NCBI GenBank assembly: GCA_951406725.2 | Contig: OX597830.1 | Location: 52,452,001 to 52,516,000 of the forward strand | Reading direction: 5' to 3' | DNA: 64,000 nucleotides | Source of the DNA: Octopus vulgaris | Lineage: Eukaryota | Shown: positions 25,994 to 38,200 of the stretch, piece after piece | Layout: each line of letters begins with the position of its first letter | Numbering within the stretch: position 1 is the stretch's first letter | Notes under the pieces: generated by a model | Database searches by the model: none | The model's input: only the letters and a program-made list of their open reading frames with translations | What the model was told of the DNA's origin: nothing | Program-made: the position numbers and the translations under genes

Positions 25994-26111
25994 TTTCGTT
26001 TGTCACTGTTATTTATGACATCGTTCGTGCGTTTGTACTGGTTTTAAAGTTTTAGGGTTAAGGTTAGGGTTTTAGGGTTAGGGTTGTCATAAATAACAGT
26101 GACAAACGAAA
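25994..26111. repeat. Perfect 27-bp inverted repeat enclosing TTAGGG-like repeats
   Basis: tttcgtttgtcactgttatttatgaca (25994-26020) and its reverse complement (26085-26111). Confidence 0.9.
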
Positions 26112-27159
26112 AATACAAAAATTTGAAACTAATATACATGTGATTAAATTATATTACATTCAGTTTATCCCCCTTTTTTTTCGAAAGCGGGGTGTCATTT
26201 GAGAGCAGTTTAGCTGTTACTTCTTGCAGATTAAAAGACCACATAGTGGACTTTTGTTACTTCTGGGAATGGGGTGTAGGGAGAAGTGATGATTTCACGT
26301 TTATGTAAAGAATTTACTGTTCTCACGAATATCCATTGCGCAATCTTCGTCCAAACATCAAAAGACATTCCTCCATCTGTTTGTCTGTCTACAAAAGCTA
26401 GCACCAAATATATATTTAGTTTAGTGTCGACCTTTATTTTATTTTATGGATTCCTTCATTTATTTGTCCATAAATTTTCTCTGTGGGGAGATTTTTGTCT
26501 TCTGTGTTGTTTTTTTTCACTTCAATACCGTCATTATAGAAAATATATTATTCATGAAAGCATCGTGTCCGGAGAGTTTGCTTGCCCTATAGCAGACAAT
26601 TATCAGGTCGTGCGATGGCTAAATTATGTGAATAAACTTATGAATATTTCAAACATGAAGATGTGTTAACTGTTTCATAATATTTTCATCACTTTTGTTC
26701 CGATTATTTTTATTCTCCTTTCGTTTGTATTTCCTTTTATTTTTTGTCTTCTTCTAGTATATTTGCCTCAAACTATAATAGTAGCTCATCATGGCTGCAT
26801 TTCTACACTTACTTTCCCTTTTATGAGTTGTTTTTCCTTGTTTGTTTTTTTACGATATTTTGTGATTTTGTTGCCTTTCTTCTACAATAGATCTGTTAAA
26901 TAATGAACAAAGTCGCCAGTAACAATGAAAACATCGAGAAAAATATGAATGCCGATAAAGAAGAGAGAAGACGAGAGATTGAGAGAATGATGACCAAAAT
27001 GATTCTCAACGTATTTGACTAATATTCTGTCTTCGATAGAGAAATCGATTTTTTTTTTTTCTGGCTTCCTCAGTATTTTCAGATATGAAAATAAAAAGTA
27101 AAATGATGAAATAGATATGTGTATGTATACGTATGCATGTATCTACATACATAAATACG

Positions 27160-27225
<66 letters not shown>

Positions 27226-27489
27226 GTTATCAGATAATTCGTTTCCAGTGTTATTTGAATTAACACGGAAAATAGTTTTATCTTAGTGTTTCATTGGGAG
27301 TTTTTTTTTGTTTTTTTTGAAGCACTATTCTTCCTCTACAACTTTTGTTTATCGTTGTTGGAGTTTGAAAAAAATTTTACCTCGTTTTATCCATAAGACG
27401 ATTGTGTGTCCTGGAGAGGAAAGAACGAACGTTTCGGAGACCTGCTCCTCTTCGTTCTCAACGTCTTTAATCAAGGTTTCAAAGTTGTG

Positions 27490-28265
27490 AAAGCTACTCA
27501 AGACATTTGAAATGGTTTTCGTGCTGAAAAGAGGAGAAATTCGAACTCACAAACTTTTCGTGTTCCAACTAACACGTTCAATCCAAAGAGTATTTGATTG
27601 AAGGAACTCATGTACGAAGATCCGCACAAATCAACAAGCAAATTAGTCTAGTGGATGGGATGCTTTCATCATACTGTCGCCTGTCATCTTCATTTGATGT
27701 GTAAGTTTCCAAAAACATGGTGCATGGGTGGCACACGCTTTGAATGGAAAAGACAAACTCCAGCGCTCCCCGACACCAGACTTCTTGTGTATACAAACAG
27801 ATTTCTTCACCGTATCGTCACTTGTGATGAAAATTTGGTGTCTTTATGTTAATATGAAGCAGGAAAAAGAATGGCTAAGTCCCGACAAGCAAGCAACACT
27901 ACGAACCAAGCTAGAACCCCATCAACTCACGACACTACTGGTCTGCGTTAGGTGAGCTCATCTGCTACGGAATGCTTGAAAATAATCACACGATCAATGC
28001 AATGCTTTGCCGGCTCAACAAGGCAATCCACCAGCGACATGGCGTGCTTCTTTAATACAATGCCCCCACCCCTAATCACTAATTTTGTCCAAAAATTGCT
28101 ATTCAAGAAGTTTTACCACATCTACCGTTTTCTCTTGAAACAGTATTTTCAGGTTGTCGGCGTTTTCGAGCCTGCGAGGCGGTTTTGTTTAACAACGACA
28201 TGGAGGTGAAAACGTGACTCGATAGATTCTTCTTGCCCCAAACCCAATAATTTCTACCATTAACA
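27490..28265 (+). pseudogene. Decayed mariner transposase
   Basis: Reads FLHRIVTCDE / WCLYVNMKQEKEWLSPDKQATLRTK across frameshifts. Confidence 0.8.
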
Positions 28266-28281
28266 CACAGAAAAGCTAGTG

Positions 28282-28490
28282 CAGCGGTTCTCAAATGGGG
28301 TCCGTGTAAGTCTTTTGGGAATCCACACAAGCAAAAAGTAAATTGGAGATCTACAGTAGTATTTTAAGGGTCCATTAAAAAATGTTTCTTTGGAAGAAAC
28401 ACAAGTCAATGCGTGAGAAGCAAAAAGGAAATTCGAAAGGAGCATCTATAAAGCTAGTTTTTAAACATCGAATGGCTTTAGGGTCCACCA
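28282..28490 (+). mobile_element. hAT-like MITE fragment
   Basis: Starts cagcggttctcaaa (Charlie-like TIR) with repeated gggtcc subterminal motifs. Confidence 0.5.
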
Positions 28491-29014
28491 GAATAGAACA
28501 ATCCCAAGGCACAGCACTTAATAGGAAGTGAGTGACAAGAAGCTAGTGGAATGCTGGCAAGAAATCGTGAACGACATAAGAGAATATATTGACCGATTTG
28601 TTAAAATTGTTGATGAAAAGTAAATGGAAACGAAAAAAGAAACGAACGAATTTATCCGACACCCCAGTATATGTATACTTCTTAGCTAGACCGAATTGTT
28701 GCTTATCTCCATATTAGCCTTGGCCGAGAAAGCCTGTGATCAAAAGTATTCAAGCCATTCGTCTTCATAAATAATTTATAAAACATCAAGGGTGAATCGA
28801 GGAAGATTTAGCTGATATTTCTAGCAACTGGGAGGCTCCTTTTATAAAATTATCATCTGAAGTCAATTCATATCACTTGTGCCGCTACAAATACGTTTGG
28901 AAGAAAATTATGAATATGAAGACAGATAATCTCACTGTCCTCTTCGATTTTGTTCTCTTCAAAAAGACAATCTATATATCAATTTCTTGTTTATTATATT
29001 TTGATATATATGTA

Positions 29015-29026
29015 CAAAATGGCGAC
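29015..29026 (+). promoter_or_regulatory. YY1-type motif (CAAAATGGCG) in a CpG-retaining region
   Basis: Exact motif match; surrounding DNA looks less CpG-depleted by eye. Confidence 0.3.
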
Positions 29027-29444
29027 CGTCTGCAACGTTCGTTGATAAAAAGCTAATGTGTTGTGTTTATATACATTTACAGTTGAAATCAATTTACCGG
29101 CGACACTTTGAATACATATAAAAAAAGAAAAGGGTATTAATACTACATAATCCTGCTTCTATAAAAAGCAGAAGATTTATCGACATGAAAGAAGAAACCA
29201 AGGAGCCACAACCTGTTCTCTCGACTTGCTAAATATAGCAGCCAAATTTCTCTCGATTCACATTTTACTGTTGTGATTCTCTAATGGTGTACGATATTGC
29301 ACTGTGAACTACTGCTGCGTCACAAAGGGAAGCAGCCCACAACTTTTTTTGCGAGATAATTTCCCCACAGAACTGGGGATCACGCGCGTAACAAAACACA
29401 ATAAAGTGCATAATATATAATTTAATTATAAAAAAGAGAAACCA

Positions 29445-29665
29445 CTGCTACCCACAAGGGGCTAAACATAGAGGGGACAAACAAGGACAAAGGAATTGAG
29501 TCGATTACATCGACCCCAGTGCGAAACTAGTACTTTATTTATCGACCCCGAAAGGATAAAAGGCAAAGTCGACCTCGGCGGAATTTGAACTCAAAACGTA
29601 ACGACAGATGTAATACCGCTAAGCATTTCGCCCGGTGCGCTAACGTTTCTGCCAGCTCGCCGTCC
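29445..29665 (-). mobile_element. SINE family A, full length
   Basis: CpG-intact copy. Confidence 0.9.
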
Positions 29666-30898
29666 CTATCCATTGCAGACGACGATAGTCAACAAAATAC
29701 AAGTAAAATTAAGAATTTAATTATTTCGGTGCAACCCCGTGGTTGGGGATGCCTACAGTAGAGTCTTTTTAAATATAATTTAAGGAAGGTCTGTTTCGGT
29801 TTACGACCTCAAAATGAAAGTGGAAACATTGGTATTGTTTGGTAATAGATATGTCGAATAGCTTACCAACACCGTCACTTTTTTTTTTCAAGAATTTTTT
29901 TCGGATTTTTATAACGGAGATTATGCTGCAAAAAAGTTTTCCAAACTTTTCATTATCTCACCCACAATTTCGGGTTTTTAAGTTTTTCGATTTTTTTTTA
30001 CTTGTGGGTTGGTCTACGTTTAAAACATAGAGATAAGGATTTAAAAAAAAAATTTTCTACAAAAAGTTATTTTTTCTTTTGAAATATCAGTGTCAATTGC
30101 TTATGATAACTTTGCCTCTCTCTATTAAATATAAACCTAAAGAATTCTGTTAAAACATTAGTAAATCCATCGATCTTTAAAGTGAAGCCGAACGTCGAAA
30201 TCTCTGTAAATTTTCGAACATAATCGGCAATAAAAGCTGCACACTTCATTTTTCACTGGTTGAACGAGTTCTAATGGTGCAAAAAGCAATGAGCAGTGGC
30301 GAAATGGCAGAAAATATTTAGTTCAGACGTAATTCATCATCACAAAAATTGCAGATATTGTAACATTAATGAAATTTCTGGCCTCGTTGATAATTAACAA
30401 TGCGGAAATGTACAATTAACAAGCCCATTATTTTCGCCATTCGCCAGATGGGTTCCTGGGTTCTAAGGAAGGTGGAATGTTTAAAGCCTTAGACGTTGTC
30501 TTGCACTTCTGTCCAACCGAAGTATTCCATATTATTGTCCATAGTTATGTAGCACAAATTGCCAGATATTTTACCGAATATCTCGCTTTCACTCTGTGGC
30601 CTTAAATCGAAAAAACTCCGAAAAACCGTATTTTGATGTTTGAGCATCTTGAAAAACTCATTATCCACAATATGATTAACAAAAGGTGAGCAGTAGTTTT
30701 CATATTTTTTCCAAAATTTTAAGTTTTAAAACATAGTTTGTTTTTTTTCCGTAACAATATTTTTTTTTATTTAAAACATGGAGACGCTTTAGATTAGCAT
30801 AGCCGAGTGGTTAAGAAGCCTGCTTTGCAATCGCGGGGTGTTAGATTCAGTCCCACTGCGTGACACCTTCAGCAAGTGTCTTCTACCAAAGCCCCGTA

Positions 30899-31567
30899 CG
30901 CGAAATTTTTTTCCCCACCAGAGTTCCGGACCACAGTAATGAACTCATTTGCATACAGCCAATCAGAGTTCACCTTTAAAATCCACAAACTGAACTGCTA
31001 CAGTACAGCCAGTTAGGCATAGAATGGTGTATGCCACTATGCGAGTACTGCATAGTATGGCTCACATAAGCACCACATCCCCCCTCCATCACCCTCATAG
31101 ATCAATTCAGTACCATCTCTGTATGGAGCTAACATTAAGTACCTACGCTCAGACTGAGATTAGTGATACTGCATGTACCCATTGATATATGCAAGGAGGG
31201 TGCAATATGACACAATATCATATTGATTACGATGTTTCCAGATCAACACCATTTTAAATTACGAATGTACAAAATCAGTAAAAAAATTAGGAAACTACAC
31301 TCATCTACATTTTCTAGTAAATTACGCAAATTTGCATCATCAGTGAGCAGCTCCCCATTCACTTTATACACTAAATTTCCCATTTGTTACCCCTATTAAC
31401 TCGTTTGGGACCTACATTTTGCTATAACGCACATTTTCCACTGAACTCAACCAGAGTATTTTCGTGGCTAGGTGGACACTAGTTTGATAGTTGAGCTTTG
31501 ATTGGCTGTATGCAAATGAGTTCATAACTGGGGTCCAGAACTCTCGTGGGGAAAAAAAAATTTCGCG
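30899..31567. mobile_element. Non-autonomous TIR element (~75-bp TIRs) inserted in a family B SINE
   Basis: 30899-30972 is inverted at 31491-31567; SINE halves lie at 30795-30895 and 31570-31600; a third TIR fragment is at 31913-31958. Confidence 0.8.
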
Positions 31568-31599
31568 CCCTGGACTGACTTGTGAGTGAATTTGGTGGG

Positions 31600-31912
31600 T
31601 GTAATGACAGTGACTTTGCGTTAAGATGTGCACACAAAGTGTGACGTTACAAGTTTATAATGTATGACATAACAAATACACATAGTAATGGCTGCACCCT
31701 GTGTCATGTCATAATTTACATGGTGTCAGAAGAGGAATTGAATAATTGCCCGAATGAATCAGATAAGAAGCCCAAATGAGCTTAATCACAAAGGCAGCAT
31801 GGCCGAGAACTGGAAACGGTGGCTACAAAGGTTCAAACCTTACCTTACGGCTCGCAGAATCACAGCTAAATCACAAAGTATGAAGTGTGCTACTCTGCTA
31901 TACATGGTGGGA
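31600..31912 (+). mobile_element. Gypsy-type LTR retrotransposon 5' end: short LTR, PBS, gag start
   Basis: TGTAA...TTACA (31600-31720); PBS tggtgtcagaag (31721-31732); ORF from 31754 reads ..GSMAENWKRWLQRFKPYLTA...KCATLLYMVG. Confidence 0.8.
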
Positions 31913-32127
31913 GGCAATTTTTTTTTCCCACGAAAGTTCTGGACCCCAGTTATGAACTTACCAACTTTCAAGCAGGGATATAACAAAAGTTTTCCATTAA
32001 AATTTGTGATTAAATTAATAAGATTAATATTTATAATGAATTTGCTAGTTTCGATAGGTGTGCAGCACACACCTAGCACACCTAGAATATACAAGCCTGG
32101 TCCTATATGTACATATATGTGTGTATA

Positions 32128-32434
32128 TATCACCTTGACCGACCAGGCTATCAGATGTTGCTACACATCGCTGGTCACAATGCACTTCACATTGTTTTAG
32201 CCTTCAAATGATGACGCCACCCCACTGGCTAAGCAAGCAGGCCAACAGAAGAAAGCGTGAGAGAAAGTTGTGGCAAAAGAGTACAGCAGGGATCGCCACC
32301 ACCCCCTGCTGGTGCCTCATGGAGCTTTAGGTGTTTTCGCTCAATAAACACTCACAACACCTGGTCTGGGAATCGAAACAGTGATCCTACAACCGCGAGT
32401 CCGCTGCCCTAACCAGTGGACCATTGCACCTCCA
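32128..32434 (-). mobile_element. SINE family C, alternative-tail subfamily
   Basis: Same head as 11237; 3' half matches 47427-47730. Confidence 0.85.
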
Positions 32435-32444
32435 CGTGTATATA

Positions 32445-32645
32445 TATGTGTCTGTTTTTGCAGTGCCCTCATCTGATATCCAGTGCTTATTTACATCCTT
32501 TAACTTAACGGTGTGACAAAAGCAACTGATAGAGTGAGTACCAAGCTTAAAAATAAGTACTGGCATCGATTTGTTCAACTAAGCTTCTTAAGGTAGTGCC
32601 CCAGCATGACCGCAGTCGAATGAGTGAAACAAGTAAAAGATAAAA
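32445..32645 (+). mobile_element. SINE family B 3' half
   Basis: cccagcatgaccgcagtcgaatgagtgaaacaagtaaaaga tail. Confidence 0.7.
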
Positions 32646-33086
32646 CACATTATCTGAAACAAAAACAAAATGGAATGGATGGTCACAGATGGAATGCCTT
32701 TAATTATAAATCTTTGATTGCAATTGACCTGGGTCTAAACAGCACTAACCACAATAGAAATAAACCTACTCTATAAATGATATAAGGGTTTGGTCCTCCA
32801 TCCTAAAACATTCGAAGGACACAACCTCTGATGATCATTTGCTCTGTAAAAGGGGTTAACATATTTGCATGTGTGCGTTTTCATTCCCAGTTATAGAGGA
32901 CTCACTTCTTTACATCATTATTTATTTGAAAAAGCATAATAAATGTCACACAGATGTACCATTTCTCCAAATGTTTGAGCATTTGCCAAAGGAAAAAGAA
33001 AATGGAAATCAATAGAAACGTGTTTTTAATGGCTATATGTGTGTGTTTGTGTATGCATGTGTGTATGTATAAACAAGTGTGTGTGT

Positions 33087-33117
<31 letters not shown>

Positions 33118-33329
33118 CTTATACATACACACACACACACATGCATACATCAAAATATTAACATGGTTTCTAGTTTTTAATATATCTGCGAATGGACAGA
33201 GATTTAGAGACATATTACTCAAAGCTTTTGACAAAATAGAGGGGGATGTGAAAGACAACTGTAGGTTTCTACAGGACAACCTGTTGAGGGCCACTGACCA
33301 GAAAAAATTTGCCAAAGTTCTGCGCCATG

Positions 33330-34757
33330 AGGACCAAAGACTTGAGGTATTTCATGTTTCAAGACAGTGTGGGAGAGAGAATCAATCATGATGTCATAGG
33401 AGAGAAATGTGTCTGCATGGATGATGGTTCACTTGCATTAAACGAGGCTGCAAAGAGAGAAGTTTGCAAACGAGGCTGCAAAGAGAATGAATGGGAGAAA
33501 GAGAGTCTCTCTGAATATCAACTCAACAGAGGGACCAGCTATCTGAATTGACAGTACATTGGTAGGTAAAGCAATTAAGGATATGAAGACAGGGAAAGCC
33601 CCCGGCCTATCAGGAATCACCGCAGAGATGCTCAAAATATCTGGCAGTGTCGGCTATAACCTAGTCAACCAGGTGATACATGAAGGAATCATACCCAATG
33701 ACTGGTGTAGCAGCACCATAGTCAACTGCTACAAAGGTAAAGGTGATGCATTAGATACAAATAGTTACAGAAGTATCAAGTTGTTGGATCAGGTAATGAA
33801 GGTCATGGAGAGGGTCATAGCCCAACTAATTAGGGAGAGAGTCAGTTTAGATGAGATGCAGTTTGGGTTCATGCCAGGGAAAAGCACCACTGATGCTATA
33901 TTTCTGGTAAGACAGCTGCAGGAGAAATACCTAGCCAAAGATAAATCTCTGTACCTGGCTCTTGTTGACATGGAGAAAGCCTTTGACAGGGTCTCCTGAT
34001 ACCTTGTCTGGTGGTCAATGAGGAAACTAGGGATAGATGAATGGTTAGTGAGAGCTGTGCAAGCCATGTACAGGGACGCCGTCAGGTTAGGGTTGGCAAC
34101 AAGTACAATGAAGAATTCCTGGTAGAGGTCCACCAAGGATCAGTCCTCAGACCCCCTCTTATTCATCATAGTCCTCCAGGCAATAACAGAGGAATTCAAG
34201 ACAGGATGACCCTGGGAGCTCCTCTATGCTGATGACCTTGTTCTAATTGCTGAGTCACTATCAGAACTAGAGGAAAAGTTTCAGGTGCGGAAACAAGGAT
34301 TAGAATCGAAGTGCCTTAGAGTCAACCTACCTAAAACCAAAGTTTTAATCAGTAGGAAAGCAGACAAACTACAAATCCCTTCAGGTAGATGGCCCTGCTT
34401 GATATGTGGAAAAAGCATAAGTAGAAACTCCATAAGATGTACCCAGTGTAAGCTATGGACACAAGAGGTGCAGCAATATCAAAGGAAGGCTAAATGGGAA
34501 AATAGTTTTTGTATGTGGCAGATGCTCAGGAGCAATAAACACTGAAAATGTGTAGAGAACAACTTCTGTAACATTCCATGGAGAAAAACTAGAAGTAGTT
34601 GATAGCTTCCATTACCTAGGTGGATGCTCTGAAAGTGTAGCTGCTTGAATAAGAATTGCCTGGGCAAAGTTCAGAGAGTTCCTACCTCTACTGGTGACAA
34701 AGAGCCTCTCGCTCAGAGTAAAAGGTAGGCTGTATGATGCATGTGTACAAACAGCCA
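33330..34757 (+). pseudogene. RTE-clade LINE reverse transcriptase remnant
   Basis: GKAPG..GITAEMLK, IPNDW, YKGKGD, YRSIKLL, QFGFMPGKSTTDAIF, VDMEKAFDRV, VHQGSVL and LLYADDL (34219-34239), followed by a Cys-rich insert; stops and frameshifts. Confidence 0.93.
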
Positions 34758-34868
34758 GTTGATTAAATCGACCCCATTACACAACTGGTAATTAATTTAT
34801 CAACCACAAAAGGGCGAAAGGCAAAGTCGACCTCGGCAGAATTTGAACTCAGAACGTAAAGACAGACG
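34758..34868 (-). mobile_element. SINE family A fragment
   Basis: aaggcaaagtcgacctcggcagaatttgaactcagaac. Confidence 0.8.
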
Positions 34869-35484
34869 GTCATAATATACAAACATTTCTCAAGGCACCA
34901 GCACAATGTTTACAGATGCTTACATCTTTTATGTTTTTCATGAATTTTTCATGGGTCCAGCTAATTATTATTATTATTATCATTATTATTATTATTAATA
35001 AGTAAAAGTAAACAGCAAAGAAAGTGGAAAAAAAAGAAAAGTACTCAAAAAGCCAAAGCCCCAAATCTTCAAAACACCAAAACACAGCAAAGTATTGGAT
35101 TAGCCATGATTCTATGCCATTATGTATATCTAGTGATTGTAGCCATGATAACGCTGGCTGTTCAGTCATGCCATGTCTCTGGGATTAGTTGATAAAAGCA
35201 CAGATTTTATTTGTGGACATGGTCTTGACTTAGAGTGGTAAACGAGATACAGTGTAAGACACGTGACCTCTAGCCCTGCTTTCATGCCGCAAAGAAATAA
35301 TGGAATCAACTTATTTACTTCAATGTCTTTTAGAAAAGTGAAGTGGCAGAGATTTAAAGAATTAGCTGCACAAGCAATCTACACGCACACACTCTCACAC
35401 GCTCTTGTACACACGCATACAATGTCATTCATGTGTGTGAATCTCTCCCCTTCTCTCCTCTTCTCCTCTCTCTATATATATATC

Positions 35485-35860
35485 CTTTACCTTTTACTTG
35501 TTTCATTCACTTAACTACGGCCATGCTGGAGCACTGCCTTGAAGGATTTTTTTAGTTGAACAAATCAACCTAAGGACATATTTTTTTTCAAGCCCTGTTC
35601 CTATTCTATTGGTCTCTTTTGCCAAACTGCTAAGTTACGGGGATATAAACACACCAACAGTGGTGAGGGACAAACAAACAATGACACAGACATAGATATA
35701 TGCATATATATATATGTATACATACATATGACAGGCTTCTTTCAGTTTCTATCTACCAAATCCACTTAGGGTATAGTAGAAGCTACTTGCCCAAGGTGCC
35801 ACACAATGGGAATGAACCTAGAACCATGTGGTAGGGAAGCAAGATTCTTATGACACAGCC
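35485..35860 (-). mobile_element. SINE family B
   Basis: Reverse-complement head and tail. Confidence 0.8.
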
Positions 35861-35861
35861 A

Positions 35862-36135
35862 TGGCTTAGTGGTTAAGATGTTGCACTCACAATTGTGAGA
35901 TCCTGGGTTTGATTCTCAGACCAGGCATTGCATTCTTGAGCAAAGCACTTCATTTCACATTGCTCTACAATCATTTCAACATCTGACATGTGGCACCTGT
36001 GCAGGTAATGTTGCACCTGTACAGGTAATGTCAATTTGATGGAGCGAGTGATCATTATAAACAAATCACCTGTGTGGTTGTTCGGTAAGAAATCATTGAA
36101 CCTTCATATGTTGTCTAACGACAGGAGAGTCCATG
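35862..36135 (+). mobile_element. SINE family D-related copy
   Basis: tggcttagtggttaag A box, ggtttgattctc B box, ttcttgagcaaagcactt. Confidence 0.7.
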
Positions 36136-36364
36136 ATTATTTTATATATACTACACTACTCATGACCTGTTGGATCACCAGAAAAGTCTGAGTTTCCCTA
36201 CAATGGAATTTTGTTTTGTGGGTTTCTTTTCTTTTCCAATTTATTTTGCATGCTTTCAACAAATGTAACATCAAAATCACGCGTAAGCGGCTCCTTTCCC
36301 AGTCTTTTTACCCACACCAATGCTTTTCATGTGGCACCTTGGTTTTGGGGTCTCAAGATACCGT

Positions 36365-36676
36365 GTCACCTTAGTAGCACTTGTGCTGGTGGCACATGAA
36401 ACATTTGAGCAAGGTCATCGCCAGTGCCGCTGGACTGGCTCCTGTGCAGGTGGCACATAAAAAGAACCATTTGGGCGTGGCCGTTGCCAGTACCACCAAA
36501 CTGGCCCTCATGTCGGTGGCATGTAGAAGCACCCACTACATCGCGGAGTGGTTGGCGTTAGGGAGGGCATCCAGCTGTAGAAACTCTGCCAGATCAGATT
36601 GGAGTCTGGTTCGCCAGACCTCAGTCAAATCGTCCAACCCATGCTAGCATGGAAAACGGACGTTAAATGATGATGA
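36365..36676 (+). mobile_element. RTE-family 3' UTR fragment
   Basis: Close inverted match to 43085-43395. Confidence 0.85.
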
Positions 36677-37002
36677 CTTATATACATGTGATAATAACAA
36701 TAATGACCTCTGAGAAACTGACAGGTTCTAAGTTATATTTAACAACTACTCAAGTCAGTGTTGTCTTAAAGCTTGGGCATACTGGACAGTTTCCCAAGGA
36801 CCTCACAGATCAAGGGATCCATGATCCATATACGCTACAGCATACAATCAATAAACAGCTACTATAGGGCCCAGTGCATTGGTTTACCCAGTTGCTAAAA
36901 TGGCTCTGCCTGAAATATCAAGACCCAGTACACTCTTATTTTCACAGTTTTATTGAAGACATATTTATCTTCTGTTTATAATTGTTTCTAGAACAGACAT
37001 CT

Positions 37003-37269
37003 AGAACCTGTATCATCTCTTGTGAAAGGTAGAAGAGTCCAGTTTGCTGGACATTATTGTAAAGCTGAAAACGAGGTAATTTCTACTCTTCTCCTCTGGA
37101 AGCCATCTGCTTGCGATACCAGAGGGCGCACACTCTCCTACCCTGATGCATCTCCAGGGATACAGGCATCCAGCAACAGGACCTCTGTAATGCTATGATG
37201 GACCGTGAAGTCTGGCGTAACATAGTAAATTCCATTGTCTCGACCATGGTTGAACAATGATGATGATGA
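37003..37269 (+). mobile_element. RTE-like LINE 3' end (third family)
   Basis: Reads RRVQFAGHYCKAENEVISTLLLWKP..RGR...AMMDREVWR, then (TGA)n. Confidence 0.8.
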
Positions 37270-37799
37270 GAACAGACATAAGGCTTAAAATTTGGAAAAT
37301 ATGTAGATAGGTGATATTATATCTAATCCAAGCCCAGAAGGATGAAATGCATAGTTGCCCTCTGCATGATTTGAACTCAGAATATAATGCCATCACAAAG
37401 CATTTTGTTTGATGCTTAACTGAACTCTGCTAATCCATAATGTAATATTTTGTCTTCTATCTCTAAATTAGATATTGATTTCTACCAGGTATTAAAACAT
37501 CGTGAAACAATATGGGAGTGTGGGTGTATGGAGGGTTAGGGTGGGGTTGTGTCAGGTGGGAATGTGTGTGTGGGGGGAAGTGAGAGGGAGAGGGGTGGAA
37601 AAGAAGCTATTATTTAAACAGAGCTTTCATCTTCCTTCATAGTTGTTATCTTAGATAATAATATCAGACAGCCAGTAACTTATATAACTCTAATTGCAAT
37701 AACAATGAATTATTTATAGGAGACAAGAAAAAAAGCCTTTACATAGTTGCTGAACTTGCTAGTAATAGCAGTCATAGCTCCCCAAAATGCACCAGTGAA

Positions 37800-38200
37800 A
37801 CATTATATAGTGTAACCTGAGCTACATGTAAATAGGTACCATAGACTTTCTAGCCATAACTAGGTACCATGCACACTGTAGTAATGTTTCCTACATTTTG
37901 TCTATCTCCAAGACACCCAACTGTCAACTGTTCACTTAGCTGTACTTTAGTACTTCATATGGTGCAGTGTACTATACTGTGTTCATAACCAAGATAATTG
38001 CCAACAGTCCAGTCTATCTAGCTGTATGTAGGTACCAAAGTGTGGTATAGTTAACTGTACTGAGTCTATAATCAAGGTACTTAACTGTCAGTGCCCCATT
38101 CCACTCCATTGTATGTAAGTACAACAGAATGACATGGTACACTGTATTGTGTCTACGTAGCTGTAAGTAGGTACCACACTTTGGTATAGTACCCGGTATA
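37800..38200. repeat. Degenerate ~80-bp tandem repeat
   Basis: Units begin near 37908, 37989 and 38072 (ccaaga..aactgtc..tagctgta..ggtacc..gtggtatag..actgtactg); related sequence at 24930-25120. Confidence 0.55.

Noticed and set aside
26049-26084. True telomere
   Set aside because: Only a few imperfect TTAGGG units, internal and enclosed in an inverted repeat.
29780-30790. Possible large MITE or transposon relic
   Set aside because: It looks repeat-like, but I could not define TIRs, a TSD or a coding remnant.
33559-33999. Intact reverse transcriptase gene
   Set aside because: Fragment of a LINE with stops and frameshifts on both sides.
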